In this document: positions 36,505-50,151 of the stretch, piece by piece | Position numbering within the stretch: the stretch's first letter is position 1 | Layout of the letters: each line of letters opens with the position of its first letter | Source: Octopus sinensis | Lineage: Eukaryota | Length of the DNA stretch: 64,000 bases | Assembly: GCF_006345805.1 (NCBI RefSeq) | Contig: NC_043004.1 | Location: forward strand, 55,738,001 to 55,802,000 | Direction: 5' to 3' | Translations under genes and position numbers: made by a program | Notes under the pieces: model-generated | Databases searched by the model: none | Told to the model about the DNA's origin: nothing | Seen by the model: the letters and a program-made list of their open reading frames with translations, nothing else

Positions 36505-39500
36505 CATCATCATCATCATCATCATCATTTAGCGTCCGTTTTCCATGCTAGCATGGGTTGGACGGTTCTACTGGGGTCTGTGAAGCCAGAAGGCTTCATC
36601 AGGCCCAGTCAAATCTGGCAGTGTTTCTACGGCTGGATGCCCTTCCTAACGCCAACCACTCCGTGAGTGTAGTGGGTGCTTTTTACGTGCCACCCGCACT
36701 GGTGCCAGACAGAGCTGGCAAACGGCCACGAACGGATGGTGCTTTTTATGTGCCACCGGCACGAGGGCCAGGCGAGGCTGGCAACGGACACGAAACGGGG
36801 CGGTGCTGGCAACGGTCGCGAAACGGAAAGTTCTCTTACATGCCACCGGCACTGGTAACACATCTGCCATTTCCATTGATCGATTTCCATTGATCGATTT
36901 CGATTCTGATCCTCACTTGCCTCAATGGGTCTTCACAAGCAGAGTTTTGTGTCCCAAGAAGGTAGCACATCCGCAATTTCCATTGATCGATTTCGATTCT
37001 GATCCTCACTTGCCTCAACACGTCTTCACAAGTAGAGTTTTGTGTCCCAAGAAGGGAAGGTATGCATACGTAGGCTGGCTCCATCCCATGTAGAAAGCCA
37101 CGGGTTGTGGACTCACTTGTCCTGCCGGGTCTTCTCGCGCACAGCACACTTCCAGAGGTCTCGGTCTCTAGTCATTTCCTCAGTGAGACCTAAAGTTCGA
37201 AGGTCGTGCTTCACCACCTCGTCCCAGGTTTTCCTGGGTCTGCCTCTTCCACAGGTTCCCTCAACCGCTAGGGTGTGGCACTTTTTCACACAACTATCTT
37301 CATCCATTCTCGCCACATGACCATACCAGCGCAAACGTCTCTCTTGCACACCACAACTGATGCTTCTTAGGTCCAGCTTTTCTCTCAAGGTACTTACACT
37401 CTGCCGAGTGTGAGTACCGGCATTACACATCCATCGGAGCATACTGGCTTCATTTCTAGCGAGCTTACGCATATCCTCAGCAGTCACGGCCCATGTTTCA
37501 CTGCCATGTAGCATGGCTGTTCGTACACACGCATCATACAGTCTGCCTTTCACTCTGTGCGAGAGGCCTTTTGTCACCAGCAGAGGTAAGAGCTCTCTGA
37601 ACTTTGCCCAAGCTATTCTTACTCTAGCAGTTACACTTTCAGCACACCCGCCCCCGCTGCTGACTTGGTCACCTAGGTAACGGAAACTATCAACTATTTC
37701 TAGTTTTTCTCCCTGGAAAGTGACGGAAGTTGGTCTCAGAGCATTTTCAGTGTTTATTGTTCCTGAGCATCTGCCACATACAAAAACCATCTTCCTAGTT
37801 AGCCTTCCTTTGACATTGCTGCATCTCTTATGTGTCCATAGCTTACACTTGGTGCATCTTATAGAGTTTCTACCTACACCTTTTCTACAGATCGAGCAGG
37901 GCCATCTACCTGAAGGTGTTTGTGATTTGTCTACCTTCCTACTGATTACGACTTTGGTTTTAGCTAGATTGACTCTAAGGCCCTTCGATTCTAATCCTTG
38001 TTTCCACACCTGAAACTTCTCCTCCAGTTCTGATAGCGACTCAGCAATTAGAGCAAGGTCATCAGCATAGAGGAGCTCCCAAGGGCATCCTGTCTTGAAT
38101 TCCTCCGTTATTGCCTGGAGGACTAAGATAAATAGGAGGGAGCTGAGTACTGAGCCTTGGTGGACCCCTACCTCTACCCGGAATTCTTCACTGTACTCAT
38201 TTCCAACCCTCACCCTACTAGCGGCGTCCCTATACAAGGCCCGCACAGCTCTCACTAACCATTCATCTATCCCTAGTTTTCTCATTGCCCACCAGATAAG
38301 GGATCGGGGGACCCTGTCGAAGGCTTTCTCCATGTCAACAAAAGCCAGGTACAGGGGCTTATCTTTGGCTAGGTATTTCTCCTGCAGCTGTCTTACCATG
38401 AATATAGCATCAGTAGTACTTTTCCCTGGCACAAACCCAAACTGCATCTCATCTAAACTAACTCTCTCTCTAATTAGTTGGGCTATGACCCTCTCCGTAA
38501 CCTTCATCACCTGGTCCAACAGCTTGATACCTCTGTAGTTATTTGTATCTAGGGCATCACCTTTACCTTTGTAGCAGTTGACTATTATACTGCTACACCA
38601 GTCATTGGGTATGACCCCTTTGTGTATCACCTGATTAACTATATGGGTGACTAGGCTATAGCCGACACTTAGCTACCACAGAACTATCAACTCGGATAGC
38701 TGGTCCCTCTGTTGGGTCAACATTCAGCAGACTCTCTTTATCCCATTCATTTTCTTCATTCAGCAACCTTTCATAGTGGCATCTCCAAACCTCTCTCTTT
38801 GCATCCTCATTTAGCGCAAGTGAACCATCTTCCATGCGAACACACTTCCCTCCTACCACATCACGATTCTCTCTCACACACTGTCTTGCAACACGAAACA
38901 CCTCCAGTCTTTGGTCCTCACGGCGCAGAACATTGGCAAATTTTTTCTTATCTGCTTCCCCTCTGGCTAAATAAACCTGTCTCCTAGCTTCTCTTTTGGC
39001 AGTCTGATACAATTCGCTGCTACCCCCATTTTTCCAGACCTTCCAAGCCTGTCTCTTTTCTCTAATAGCCCTGTCTACAATATTGTTCCACCACCACGTT
39101 ATTCTAGGTCGAGAGGGGACTTTGCACCAGCCACAGATCTGGTCAGTGGCTCTCAGCAGGTTGTCCCTTAGAAACGTCCAGCTGTCTTCTACCCCCTGTG
39201 ATGCTCTATCCCCTTCTACTTCATCAGAGGCTTCAAGTAATATGTCCCTAAATCTCTGTCCATTTGCAGGATCTTTAAGCTTCCAGATCCTTCTTCTCCA
39301 TATTTGTCGTCTTCTGGTTGTCCTCCTAGTCCTGATCCTAAAGTCACTAACTACCAGTCTATGTTGTGGGGTACATTCTTCACCTGGGAAGGTTTTGGCA
39401 TTTATAAGCAGCCATCTCTCCCTTTGCCTTGTAAGGATGTAGTCAATTTGGCTGGTATGTTGGCCCGATTGGTAAGTGACTAGGTGGCTGGTAGGTTTCC

Positions 39501-41565
39501 TGAAGTTAGTGTTGCAAATCATAAGATTATTTGCATCGCAGAACTCCAGCAGCCTGGTTCCCTCCTCGTTGCGGGAGCCATAGCCATAGCCTCCATGTAC
39601 GCCATGGAAGCCCCCAGCATGTCGTCCAACGTGACCATTGAAGTCACCAGCCACAAAGATAAGGTCTCTGTCGTTCGTCAATGAGGTAGTCTGCAGTAGA
39701 GTGTCATAGAATCGGTCTTTCTGTCCATCGGGTAGCCCCGACTGAGGAGCATAGGCTGATATAATGGTTGCTAAACTATGATGAAGCACTAATCTAATCT
39801 TAAGTATTCTGTCACTTACTCTGATTACCTCAATTACTTTATCTACCCATTTCTCAGCGATAAGTATACCCACGCCACCAACCCCGTCAGTGTTCCCTGC
39901 CCAGAAAATCTTGTACCTGCGTTCCTTGCCTGTGAGGAACCTAGCTGATCCTCCTCTCCACCTTATTTCTTGCATGCAACATATATCCACACATCTCCGT
40001 TCAAGCATCTCGACTATCTCACCAGACCTACCTTTCAGAGAGCCAACGTTGAGGGTGCCAACCCTGAGGGTGTGGAAGGCATGGGCTCTAGAGACCCTGG
40101 GACGGTGGACAGTAGCTTTGTGTACGTGAAAAGAAAGCTCGCATTTGGCAGAATTCATGTGCAAGAAATGAAGTAGTAAAGTAGCCTTCAGTACAACCTG
40201 CATAACGCTAGCCTTTCATATTTTGCACTGTATGAACATTACCTTACATAGGTCGAGACTAGGGGTAGGGAGGGGTAGGGATGGTGAGAGCATTTGCAGT
40301 CTTCATGGGAAGCAACCCCGGGATGGAAGAGAATAGGAACTTCCGGCATGCGTGGTGGGTGTGGGAAGGCGGGTGCACCGTAGCTGAGTAAAGAGGTTCT
40401 GTTAATCGTGAGCTAGCAAATGGGTTTGTATGAATCGGGAGACAATACTAAACGAAAAATTGAAAAATTGAAAAATTGAAAAATCAGAGTGGCTATGAAC
40501 CTGGAGACAAGTCTAAACGAAAAAAAAATGTTTGAGCTAGACAGGGTAATGAGGGAATACTGAAAGAATGAGGGACAATACAATGAGATGGAAATTGAAG
40601 AATAGAGAAAGAATAAGGATAAGTGCAAGAAAGAAGGTAGTCGTAGCGAGGTTGGACGATTCACTTAACTTTTAGCCATTCATGATCTGTGCGTATTCTT
40701 TAGATATTTTGAAGCGAGTGGGGTTAACGATAAATGCGATCACTCTTTTATGTATGGCGATGATGGTTTTGGGGAGGGGGGGGGCATAGAGGACCATGGC
40801 GATGATGGTTATGGGAAGGGGGGACATAGCGAGAGAGAGATAGGGTTAGTTAGAGAGAGAGGTCAAGGGACACGTGACAATAAGCGGTGTGAGGGAATTT
40901 GACTGGGGACGGCATTGTCGATAAATAAACATTAGATAAATAGGTTTGAAAATCAGAAAAATCAGAGGGAATATCATTATTGATAGCTAATATAACACCG
41001 TAGCTGAGTAAAGAGGTTCTGTTAATCGTGAGCTAGCAAATGGGTTTGTATGAATCGGGAGACAATACTAAACGAAAAATTGAAAAATTGAAAAATCAGA
41101 GTGGCTATGAACCTGGAGACAAGTCTAAACGAAAAAAAAATGTTTGAGCTAGACAGGGTAATGAGGGAATACTGAAAGAATGAGGGACAATACAATGAGA
41201 TGGAAATTGAAGAATAGAGAAAGAATAAGGATAAGTGCAAGAAAGAAGGTAGTCGTAGCGAGGTTGGACGATTCACTTAACTTTTAGCCATTCATGATCT
41301 GTGCGTATTCTTCAGATATTTTGAAGCGAGTGGGGTTAACGATAAATGCGATTGCTCTTTTATGTATGGCGATGATGGTTTTGGGGAGGGGGGGACATAG
41401 AGGACCATGGCGATGATGGTTATGGGAAGGGGGGACATAGCGGGAGAGAGATAGGGTTAGTTAGAGAGAGAGGTCAAGGGACACGTGACAATAAGCGGTG
41501 TGAGGGAATTTGACTGGGGACGGCATTGTCGATAAATAAACATTAGATAAATAGGTTTGAAAATC
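36505..41565 (-). mobile_element. Essentially full-length RTE-clade LINE with a duplicated 5' region
   Basis: APE endonuclease plus RT, 3' UTR repeats and (ATG)n tail. Membership of the 40376-41565 region in the element is inferred. Confidence 0.9.
37113..40203 (-). pseudogene. RTE ORF (APE endonuclease + PHD-containing RT) broken by one frameshifting deletion at ~38665
   Basis: LRVGTLNVG, MQEIRW, GDFNGH and QIDYIL (APE); YADD (RT). At VVAK the expected AIK..GKAPGPSG segment is absent and VGYSLVTHIVNQVIHKG continues in another frame. Confidence 0.9.
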
Positions 41566-41590
41566 CTACATATATATGTATATATATATA

Positions 41591-42053
41591 TGCATATATG
41601 GGTACAGGACATAAAAAAAAAAACGTTGAAAACAATGAGAAACGAAAACATGAACAAAAACAGAGTAAAATGAACTTTTTTTTGAACAACAAAAAAAAAC
41701 AGAGAAACGAGACATGCAACATAAAGAATATTCCCCTTCTTCAGTTGTCCCTGTTTCATCTACTCCGTGGTTCAAAGGCAAGGACAATATGTGATTTCAA
41801 TGAAACAGTCCTTCCCGCAAAGCAAATTAGATCAAATCTGGGATTTTTTGCGGAGGGTGAGAGTGGTAACAAGAACTGGACAGTGAGAACAAGACAGTAA
41901 AAACAAACGGTGAGGGATGTTAAGCCAAGATGATAGAAAAATTATTATGAATGCTAGGAGGACGAGCTTATGAGAGGAGACATGTATAAGCACATATTGT
42001 CTTTAGGAAGGAAATGGGCAATGGTTTTCTGATGTCCTGTACCCATATATGCA
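41591..42053. mobile_element. 463-bp TIR-bounded non-autonomous element in a (TA)n tract
   Basis: Perfect 22-bp inverted ends TGCATATATGGGTACAGGACAT / ATGTCCTGTACCCATATATGCA. Superfamily not assigned. Confidence 0.7.
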
Positions 42054-42071
42054 TATATATATATACATATA

Positions 42072-42479
42072 TAGGCGCAGGAGTGGCTGTGTGGTAAGTA
42101 GCTTGCTAACCAACCACATGGTTCCGGGTTCAGTCCCACTGCGTGGCATCTTGGGCAAGTGTCTTCTGCTATAGCCCCGGGCCGACCAATGCCTTGTGAG
42201 TGGATTTGGTAGAAAGAAGCCAGTCGTATATATGTATATATATATATGTATGTGTGTGTGTTTGTGTGTCTGTGTTTGTTCCCCTAGCATTGCTTGACAA
42301 CCAATGCTGGTGTGTTTACGTCCCCGTCACTTAGCGGCTCGGCAAAAAGAGACCGATAGAATAAGTACTGGGCTTACAAAAAGAATAAGTCCCGGGGTTG
42401 AGTTGCTCGACTACTGGCGGTGCTCCAGCATGGCCACAGTCAAATGACTGAAACAAGTAAAAGAGAAAGAGTAAAGAGT
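42072..42479 (+). mobile_element. SINE family A
   Basis: Full-length match. Confidence 0.85.
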
Positions 42480-42962
42480 ATATATATGTAGGTATGTACA
42501 TATATGTATGTATATAGGCATATATTTATATATTATTTATATTATTATATATATGTATATATACGTTCAACTCACAATCATAAGGTTATGAGTTTGATTC
42601 TTGGCGACACTTTGTGACCTTGAGCCGAAATATCGTTATAGCAAATATTCTGCTCAATAATGTCCCTTAGTGGTTGACAATATTTGCATCCCTGGTCATG
42701 AGCAGTAATAGTGGGTGAGCATCAGAGCCATGTGTTGAGAGGGATTCTTTAGGGTTTGAATAAATGTTTGAAGGAAACAAGCCATTTTGCATACTTTCTA
42801 GGGGTAAGCAAATAGGAAATAACAGTTGTAATCCAAGGACAAAAATCGTGTTACACAGTGTATTTGGATAATAATGGTAAATTAATACAAATTTATACTG
42901 AAATGGGTAGATTTAAGTAGATATGACTGGGTGGAGACAATAAAATATTTAAGTGGATTTAA

Positions 42963-43178
42963 CCCTTTAGCATTTAAATCGGCCATATCTGGTCCAAATA
43001 TTCTACCTGTTTTATGTTTAAACTGATCAAATGTGGCTTCTCACACCTACCTTACAATGTCATTCAAAAATTAAGCAATCATACTATTGAAGAGTCAAAG
43101 TGATGAGGTAATGCATGATTACTTCAAAACAAAGTAAATAAACATTAAATTTGACAGAGTAATTTGAATGTTAAACAG
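42963..43178. mobile_element. piggyBac-type MITE
   Basis: TTAA|CCCTTTAGCATT ... AATGTTAAACAG|TTAA. Homologous to the 47607 copy. Confidence 0.7.
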
Positions 43179-44236
43179 TTAAAGGCAAATTGATTGCATC
43201 TGATTTAGGCACAAGCCAGCGACTTTGAAGGGAAGAGGTTAGTTGATGCCTTATCCCTTGCTCATGACTGATACTTTATTTTATTGATGCTAAAAGAATT
43301 AAAAACAAAGTATGAAACATAAAGGGGTGGAAAAAAAACCTCTCCAAAATATGCATTTACTGGAAACAGGATAGAATCAATGCTATATATCTCAACAAAT
43401 ATAAATTCATCACTCAACCCACCTGAGACTGCAACCCCGACCCAGCTCTGTAGTACAAATGTCTTGTTTTCAAAAGTTCTGAATAAAAATCTTCCTAACA
43501 CTAGCTTAATCAGTCCCACTGTGTGGCACCTTGGGCATGTGTCTTCTACTATAGCCTTGGGCTGAGCAAAGCCTTGTGAGTGGATTTGGTAGATGGAAAC
43601 TGAAAGAAGCCTGTCGTATATATGTATATATATATATATGTATGTGTGTGTGTTTGTGTGTCTGTGTTTGTTCCCCTAGCATTGCTTGACAACCGATGCT
43701 GGTGTGTTTACATCCCCGTCACTTAGCGGTTCGGCAAAAAGAGACCGATAGAATAAGCCTTGGGCCGACCAAAGCCTTGTGAGTGGATTTGGTAGATGGA
43801 AACTGAAAGAAGCCTGTCATCATCATCATCATTTAAAGTCCACTATTCATGCTAGCACGGGATGCACAGTTTGACCAGAGCTGGTAAGCTGGAGGGGTTG
43901 CGCCAGACTTCCGTCTGATTTGGCATGGTTTCTATGGCTGGATGCCCTTTCTAACACCGACTACTTTACAGTGTGCTGGGTGATTTTACGTGGCACCACA
44001 TGGGTGCTTTCATGTTGCACTACATGGTTGTTTCTACATGGTGCTGCACGGGCACTAATATGGCACTGCCATGAGTGTTTTACATCACCAGAAGGATTGG
44101 TCTTAACACTTCTGCTGTAGGGTACAGGTCTTCATGGGTGTGGCCAGGTGCCAGGTATCTCATTCCTTAGTCATTGTGCTTGAATGGTTCAGCTTCCTGA
44201 GGTCATTCTTCAGTACATCATTGTATGTATATATGT

Positions 44237-44500
44237 GGAGGCGCAATGGCCTAGTGGTTAGGGCAGCGGACTCGCTGTCGTAGGATCGCGGTTTCGATTC
44301 CCAGACCGGGCGTTGTGAGTGTTTATTGAGCAAAAACACCTAAAAGCTCCACGAGGCTCCGGCAGGGGGTGGTGATCCCTGCTGTACTCTTTCACCACTC
44401 TTTCTTCTGTTGGCCTGCTCGCTTAGCCAGCGGGGTGGCATCATTTGAAGGCTAAAACAATGCGAACGCATTGTGACCAGCGATGTGTAACAACATCTGA
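44237..44500 (+). mobile_element. SINE family B, short-tail variant
   Basis: Match to the 25559 copy. Confidence 0.85.
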
Positions 44501-46204
44501 AGAACTCAGAAGGTTTCACTTCCAGCCAGGCCTTTTGCGAGACCGTCAAAACCAGAAACTTTTCAGCACTCCCTTATGCACAAACACACACACATACATG
44601 TATATATCTATGTGTGTGTCTTTGTGTCTGTGTTTGTCACCCTATCATTGCTTGACAACTAGTGTTGGTGTGTTTGTGTCCCCATAACTTAGTGGTTTGG
44701 CAGAAGAGACCAATAGAATAAGTATAAGGCTTTGAAAAAAAAAGTACAGGGGTCGATTCATAAATTCAAGGCAGTGCCCCAAAATGGCTGCAGTCTAAAG
44801 ACTGAAACAAATAAAAGCTAAAAGATAAAATAATAAAGATATTTTACTTAGCTCTTCGTTACATTTAAAATTAACTGAAATAAATACAGAGTGCCTCAAC
44901 TGAAGTATGGTAACAAAAGGAATATACAGGACTCAGTTGTTTGATCAAGTGAATTACCTGCCCTTGAATTAACATAAAAGTGGATGAGCATTCTATAGAC
45001 GTGTACATTTACTGTAATGCTAGGCAGAATCAGAGATGAACAGTGTGTGTATGACGAGGCTGTATCTTTGAATTACAGGTACAAGCCATCCAACAAGTTT
45101 CTATGCAGTCTCCATCTATCCAGTTTCATATGAAAGGTATGGGTTGACCTGAGACTATAGGAAATGACACTTGTCCAAGATGCCAATCAGTGAGATCATA
45201 TATGTATAGTAAGCTACATATAATGAGATCAGGAAATGGTTGTTCACACACACTAAGACATATATGCACTGCATACATACAGCGATATATAAACACAATC
45301 ATATACATAGACATAGATATTTACATATAGAAAATAATGATTTTTAATATTGGCAGAGAGCAAGACATTCTAGTTTTTCTTTGAGAAGGGAAAAGGAAGG
45401 GTTACTTGATTTCATTAACCCTTGTGTTTGATTAGTATTTAATTTAGATGACACTCAGAAAAATGAAAGGTAAAACACCCTTGACAGATTTGAACCCAGA
45501 ATGTAAAAGGTTGTATGAAAACATTACTGCTTGTGCCAAAAAAACAAATACATCCAATACATACATACAGTAGGTCCTACAAATAGACACAAATGCATAT
45601 ATACAGATACATATTATAATATATGCAACCGATCAAAAAGAATGAAAAAAAGACTTAACATAGACACACATATATGATCACATAAAGAAGTGCTTTTTAC
45701 AATGAGCTTAATATTCAAATTCATATTTTTCTGTTATAGTATTTATCCTGATTACAAATTGATCATCACTTAACTTTAGTGGCTAATTCTTAGGTGGCTT
45801 GGCAAGAATCCAGAACAGATTAGTCTCAGCCTTCTTTTCTCTTCCTGTCACTCCCTGTAATACTCTTGTCTTCCTCCTCCCACCACCATCACCACCACCA
45901 CTCCATTTCTGTAACAGACACATACTTCATCGGAAGTAGCGTCTCCAATATTTTGAGCTAAGCAACACACAGTGGTTTCCAAGATTAATTTCTGACATTA
46001 TGTGCTGTCTGCGTTAATTTTAGTTATCTTAGCCTACTTCTGGCATTGAGAGGAAATGATTCTTTGGCACAATTTAGATTGAAAATTTGAAGAGGGAAAT
46101 AACAAAAAAAAAAAATGTTTTGCAAACAAACCCAGAACTGTACAGTTATAGATATGTTTTATGAGTTCTCCATCCCCAGTGTGAAGATAAAAAAAAACTT
46201 GCTA

Positions 46205-46500
46205 TACATCAGTGCTGGTGGCACATAAGAGAACCATCCGAACGTGGCCGTTGCCAGTGCCGCCTTGACTGGCTTCCGTGCCGGTGGCACGTAAAAGGCA
46301 CCATCCGATCGTGGCCGTTGCCAGCCTCGCCTGGCCTCCGTGCCAGTGGCACGTAAAAAGCACCATCCGACTGTGGCCATTTGCCAGACTTGTCTGGCAC
46401 CTGTGCAGGTGGCACGTAAAAAGCACCCACTACACTCATGGAGTGGTTGGCGTTAGGAAGGGCATCCAGCCGTAGAAACGATGATGATAATATGATGATG
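46205..46500 (+). mobile_element. RTE 3' UTR fragment
   Basis: Three ~60-bp units plus the GGCGTTAGGAAGGGCATCCAGC terminal motif and an ATG tail. Confidence 0.8.
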
Positions 46501-47606
46501 TGTGAGGTTAAGAACTGCTCATATCTGACACTTTTACAAACTCCAGGACTGTTGATGCCATCTTTGATAGAAATATAAGGGGGAGCTAATTGAGTAGATG
46601 ATTTTCATGTTCACATTAAATCCTTGGGCTGGTAGGAAAATATAACTTTTTACATTTATTTTTATTGTATATCAATGGATGAAGGGCAAGTGCACAAAAT
46701 ATTCATAGGGGCCTTTGGGACTGCTGGTTTGACAGGAAGGCAGAAACTACAATTGACTGGTTACTGCTATGGGAAAAAGTTAACGAGGACATTAAGCCTT
46801 CATCAGGTCAGTGACCTGACTTAAATACTTGCAACAGAATTGATACTGATGAAGGGGTAGTCATGTTAAGCATGGTGCTGGATTAATTCTGCAGCAAATG
46901 AAAATTTACAGTTGATTTAGTAGACTCCCACATAGTTTCAATCTATCCAATTTCACTAAGAAAGTTTTCAGTGATCAAAGGTAATGATCATCTTTATCGT
47001 TTAATGTCTGCTTTCCATACTGGTATGGAATAAATGGTTTGGCTGGAACTGGTAGGCCAGAACATTTGTCTGTTTTGGCTTGACTTCTATGACTGGATGC
47101 CCTTCCTGATGCGAACCACTTTACAGAGTGTACTAGGTGTTTTTTATGCGCCGCCAGTGGTGACAGAAAACAGAATCCAGAACTATGATTGCAAAGTGAA
47201 TTTCTTGGAGGAGGAGGAGGAGGAGAGAGAGAGAGAGATTAGTCATCATCATCACACCAAAACGTTGATTGTATGGTCAATATAGATTTAATAGTTTAGC
47301 CCCTACACAATATCTGACACCCTAGTTCTTGCTACACAAGATTTGATACTATTGTCCCTGCACAAAAGTTGACACTACACAAGCAGAAAGTGAGATAAAT
47401 ATCTATTTAACCAAAGCATTTATTTAACTGCAAAAGCAGTGCAAAAAAAGAGATAGATAGACAGATAGAGAGAGAGGGTGAGAGAGTAAGAGAGAGAGAG
47501 AAGGGGCAGGGATGATGTATGGTTAGGTAATTTGAAAGAGTGTAGAGGCGTTCTAGGGAAAGGGAGAATGGTATGGTTGTGGAGAAGAGATAATTTGGCG
47601 TTTTAA

Positions 47607-48187
47607 CCCTTTAGCATTCATATTATTCTGTCAAATGTGATGTTTGTTTATTTATATTCTTTTACTCTTTTTCTTGTTTCAGTCAGTTGACTGCGGCCAT
47701 GCTGGAGCACGACCTTTAGTCGAGCAACTCGATCCTGGGACTTATTCTTTGTAAGCCCAGTACTTATTCTATCGGTCTCTTTTACCGAACCACTAAGTGA
47801 CGGGGACGTAAACACACCAGCATCGGTTGTCAAGCAATGCTAGGGGAACAATCGCAGACACACAAACACATACACACATATATATATATATACATATTTA
47901 CGATGGGTTTCTTTCAGTTTCCGTCTACCAAATCCACTCACAAGGCTTTGGTCGGCCTGAAGCGATTGTAGAAGACACTTGCCCAACATGCCACGCAGTG
48001 GGACTGAACCCGGAACCATGTGGTTGGTTAGCAAGCTACTTACCACACAGCCACTCCTGTGCCTGTTTTGAATTAATCATGCATTATCTCATAGCTTTGA
48101 GATTTTGAGGATATACTTGTATGTTTTAAGAATGACATTATAGGGTAGGTGAGTGAGGTAAAATCTGGCCAGTTTAAATGCTAAGGG
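47607..48187. mobile_element. piggyBac-type MITE carrying a nested SINE-A (47659-48063, minus)
   Basis: TTAA|CCCTTTAGCATT ... AATGCTAAGGG|TTAA. Confidence 0.75.
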
Positions 48188-48437
48188 TTAAAAGGGTAGA
48201 TCAATGTAAAATGTAGGCAGTGATGATTGCATTAAGAATGAAGGACGAATATATCATGTGAAACAGTTCTGGGCAATAAGCAGGATAAGTGATATCAAGG
48301 AAAAGCCATTGAAGCATGCAGTTCTGTTCAGATATAATTACAGCAGCAGAATGCTGCAGTTAAAGAGATGGTGCATGGTGGGGATGTTCCAAAAGAGGGA
48401 AATGGGTGAGGAGCCCCAGTTGTGCACATATATAAAT

Positions 48438-48637
48438 CAGTGGTTTTCAACCAGGGTTCCGCCAGTACAGTCCAGGGGTTCCGCAAAAAGTTACAAAACT
48501 GCTAAAATCAGTAGTAATTTTTAATTTTCCTGTGCAGATATGTGTGCATAAGACTATTAAATTATTGCACAGGGTTCCCCGAGCCAGTGGAATGTTTCCT
48601 TGGGGTTCCGCTCCAGCAAAAAGTTTGAAAAGCACTG
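48438..48637. mobile_element. 200-bp hAT MITE
   Basis: TIRs CAGTGGTTTTCAA / TTGAAAAGCACTG and a perfect 8-bp TSD ATATAAAT. Confidence 0.9.
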
Positions 48638-48649
48638 ATATAAATATAT

Positions 48650-49022
48650 AGGTGCAGGAGTGGTTGTGTGGTAAGAAGCTTGGTTCCCAACCATATGGTT
48701 TGGGGTTCAGTCCCACTGCGTGGCACCTCGGGCAAGTGTCTTCTACTATAGCCTCAGGCCAATTAAAGCCTTGTGAGTTGATTTGGTAGACGGAAACTGA
48801 AAAAAGCCCGTTGTATAAATATATATATATGTATATATTTGTGTGTATGTCCGTGTTTGTAACCCTTCTATGCTTGACAGCTGATGTTGGTGTGTCTACA
48901 TCCCCGTAACTTAGCAATTCAGCAAAAGAGACCGACAGAATAAGTACTAGACTTACAAAGAATCAGTCCTGGGGTCGATTTGTTCAACTAAAGGTAGTGC
49001 TCTAGCATGGCCACAGTCAAAT
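48650..49022 (+). mobile_element. SINE family A (diverged)
   Basis: Full-length, older copy. Confidence 0.8.
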
Positions 49023-49419
49023 GACTGAAACAAGTAAAAGAATATATCTTCATCATCATTGTTGCTTAACGTCTGCTTTCCATGCTGGCATGGACTGGAC
49101 AGTTTGACTGAGGGCTGGCCAGCGAGAAGGCTGCACCAGGGTCCAATCTGATCTGGCGAAGTTACTATAGCTGGATGCCCTTCCTAACGCCAACCACGCT
49201 GAGATGAAATAGAGGGGGAAATATCATCACATGATGTGGAAGATAACTGGAGGTTCTGTGGATGGTGCAAAGTTCCTTCTTAATCCAAGGTATATATATA
49301 TATTATATATATATATATACACACACATACACATTGTACTTTAAGAATTTTAGTTTCCCTAAGACGGACAGGTCTTCTAAAGAACTACACATTGCCTGTA
49401 TTCTTGGTTTTTTGTCATT

Positions 49420-49750
49420 TCTCTTATAAGGTCCAAGATCCTATGATCAATGTTCATAATTTCTTCCAATGTTTTCTTAAGTTTCTCTCTTTCATAAGCT
49501 CCTTCCATATTAAATGATCAGCACTTCTTTATTTGGTTGCCCTCACCCGTACACATCACATGTCCATACTAGTGCAACCTTCTTTCTTGTACACTACATT
49601 TGATTCTGCTTATGCCCAGTTTTTCTCTTGACACATTTGTACTTCGTCATTCATACACACTTACATTGCACAACCACACTAGCTTCATTTCTTTCCAATT
49701 TTGGTGGTCCTCTGCATTCAAGGCCCATGTTTCACAACCGTGCAGTATCA
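49420..49750 (-). mobile_element. Old degraded RTE ORF-end fragment
   Basis: LERNEAS remnant and decayed C-terminal RTE motifs, with many stops. Confidence 0.6.
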
Positions 49751-50151
49751 CAATGTATGTGTGCGTTTTTGTCTTGTTTTAACATCACACAATAATTGTA
49801 AATGAGCCTCACCATCATATAAGTGGTGGTGTTTTTATCAATCTTCTGTGAAGACATATCTGGCCATGGAAAATATTAACTTGCTCAGAAACAGGTAATG
49901 ACTGATGACAGAAAAGGGCATTTGCACTGTAAAAAATCGGTCTTATAGAGTAATGCAAGCACGGAAAAGTGGATGTCAACATGATGATGATGAGGACTAT
50001 ATGTGTCACAACCTAATAAAATGAAATATCAGATGAACAATAAATTCTACAAATGGTCAGATTACATCAGACTAACATGTTAACCAGTGGGACAGAGAAA
50101 TGTTCCATTGATAAATAAACAAGCCACATTTTATGGCATATTTTCACTTAC

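Noticed and set aside
40200-41565. Twister or HDV-like ribozyme at the RTE 5' end, as known for some RTEs
   Set aside because: I could not find the GUC(C/U)CAAGCC twister loop or an HDV double pseudoknot by eye. A covariance-model scan would be needed.
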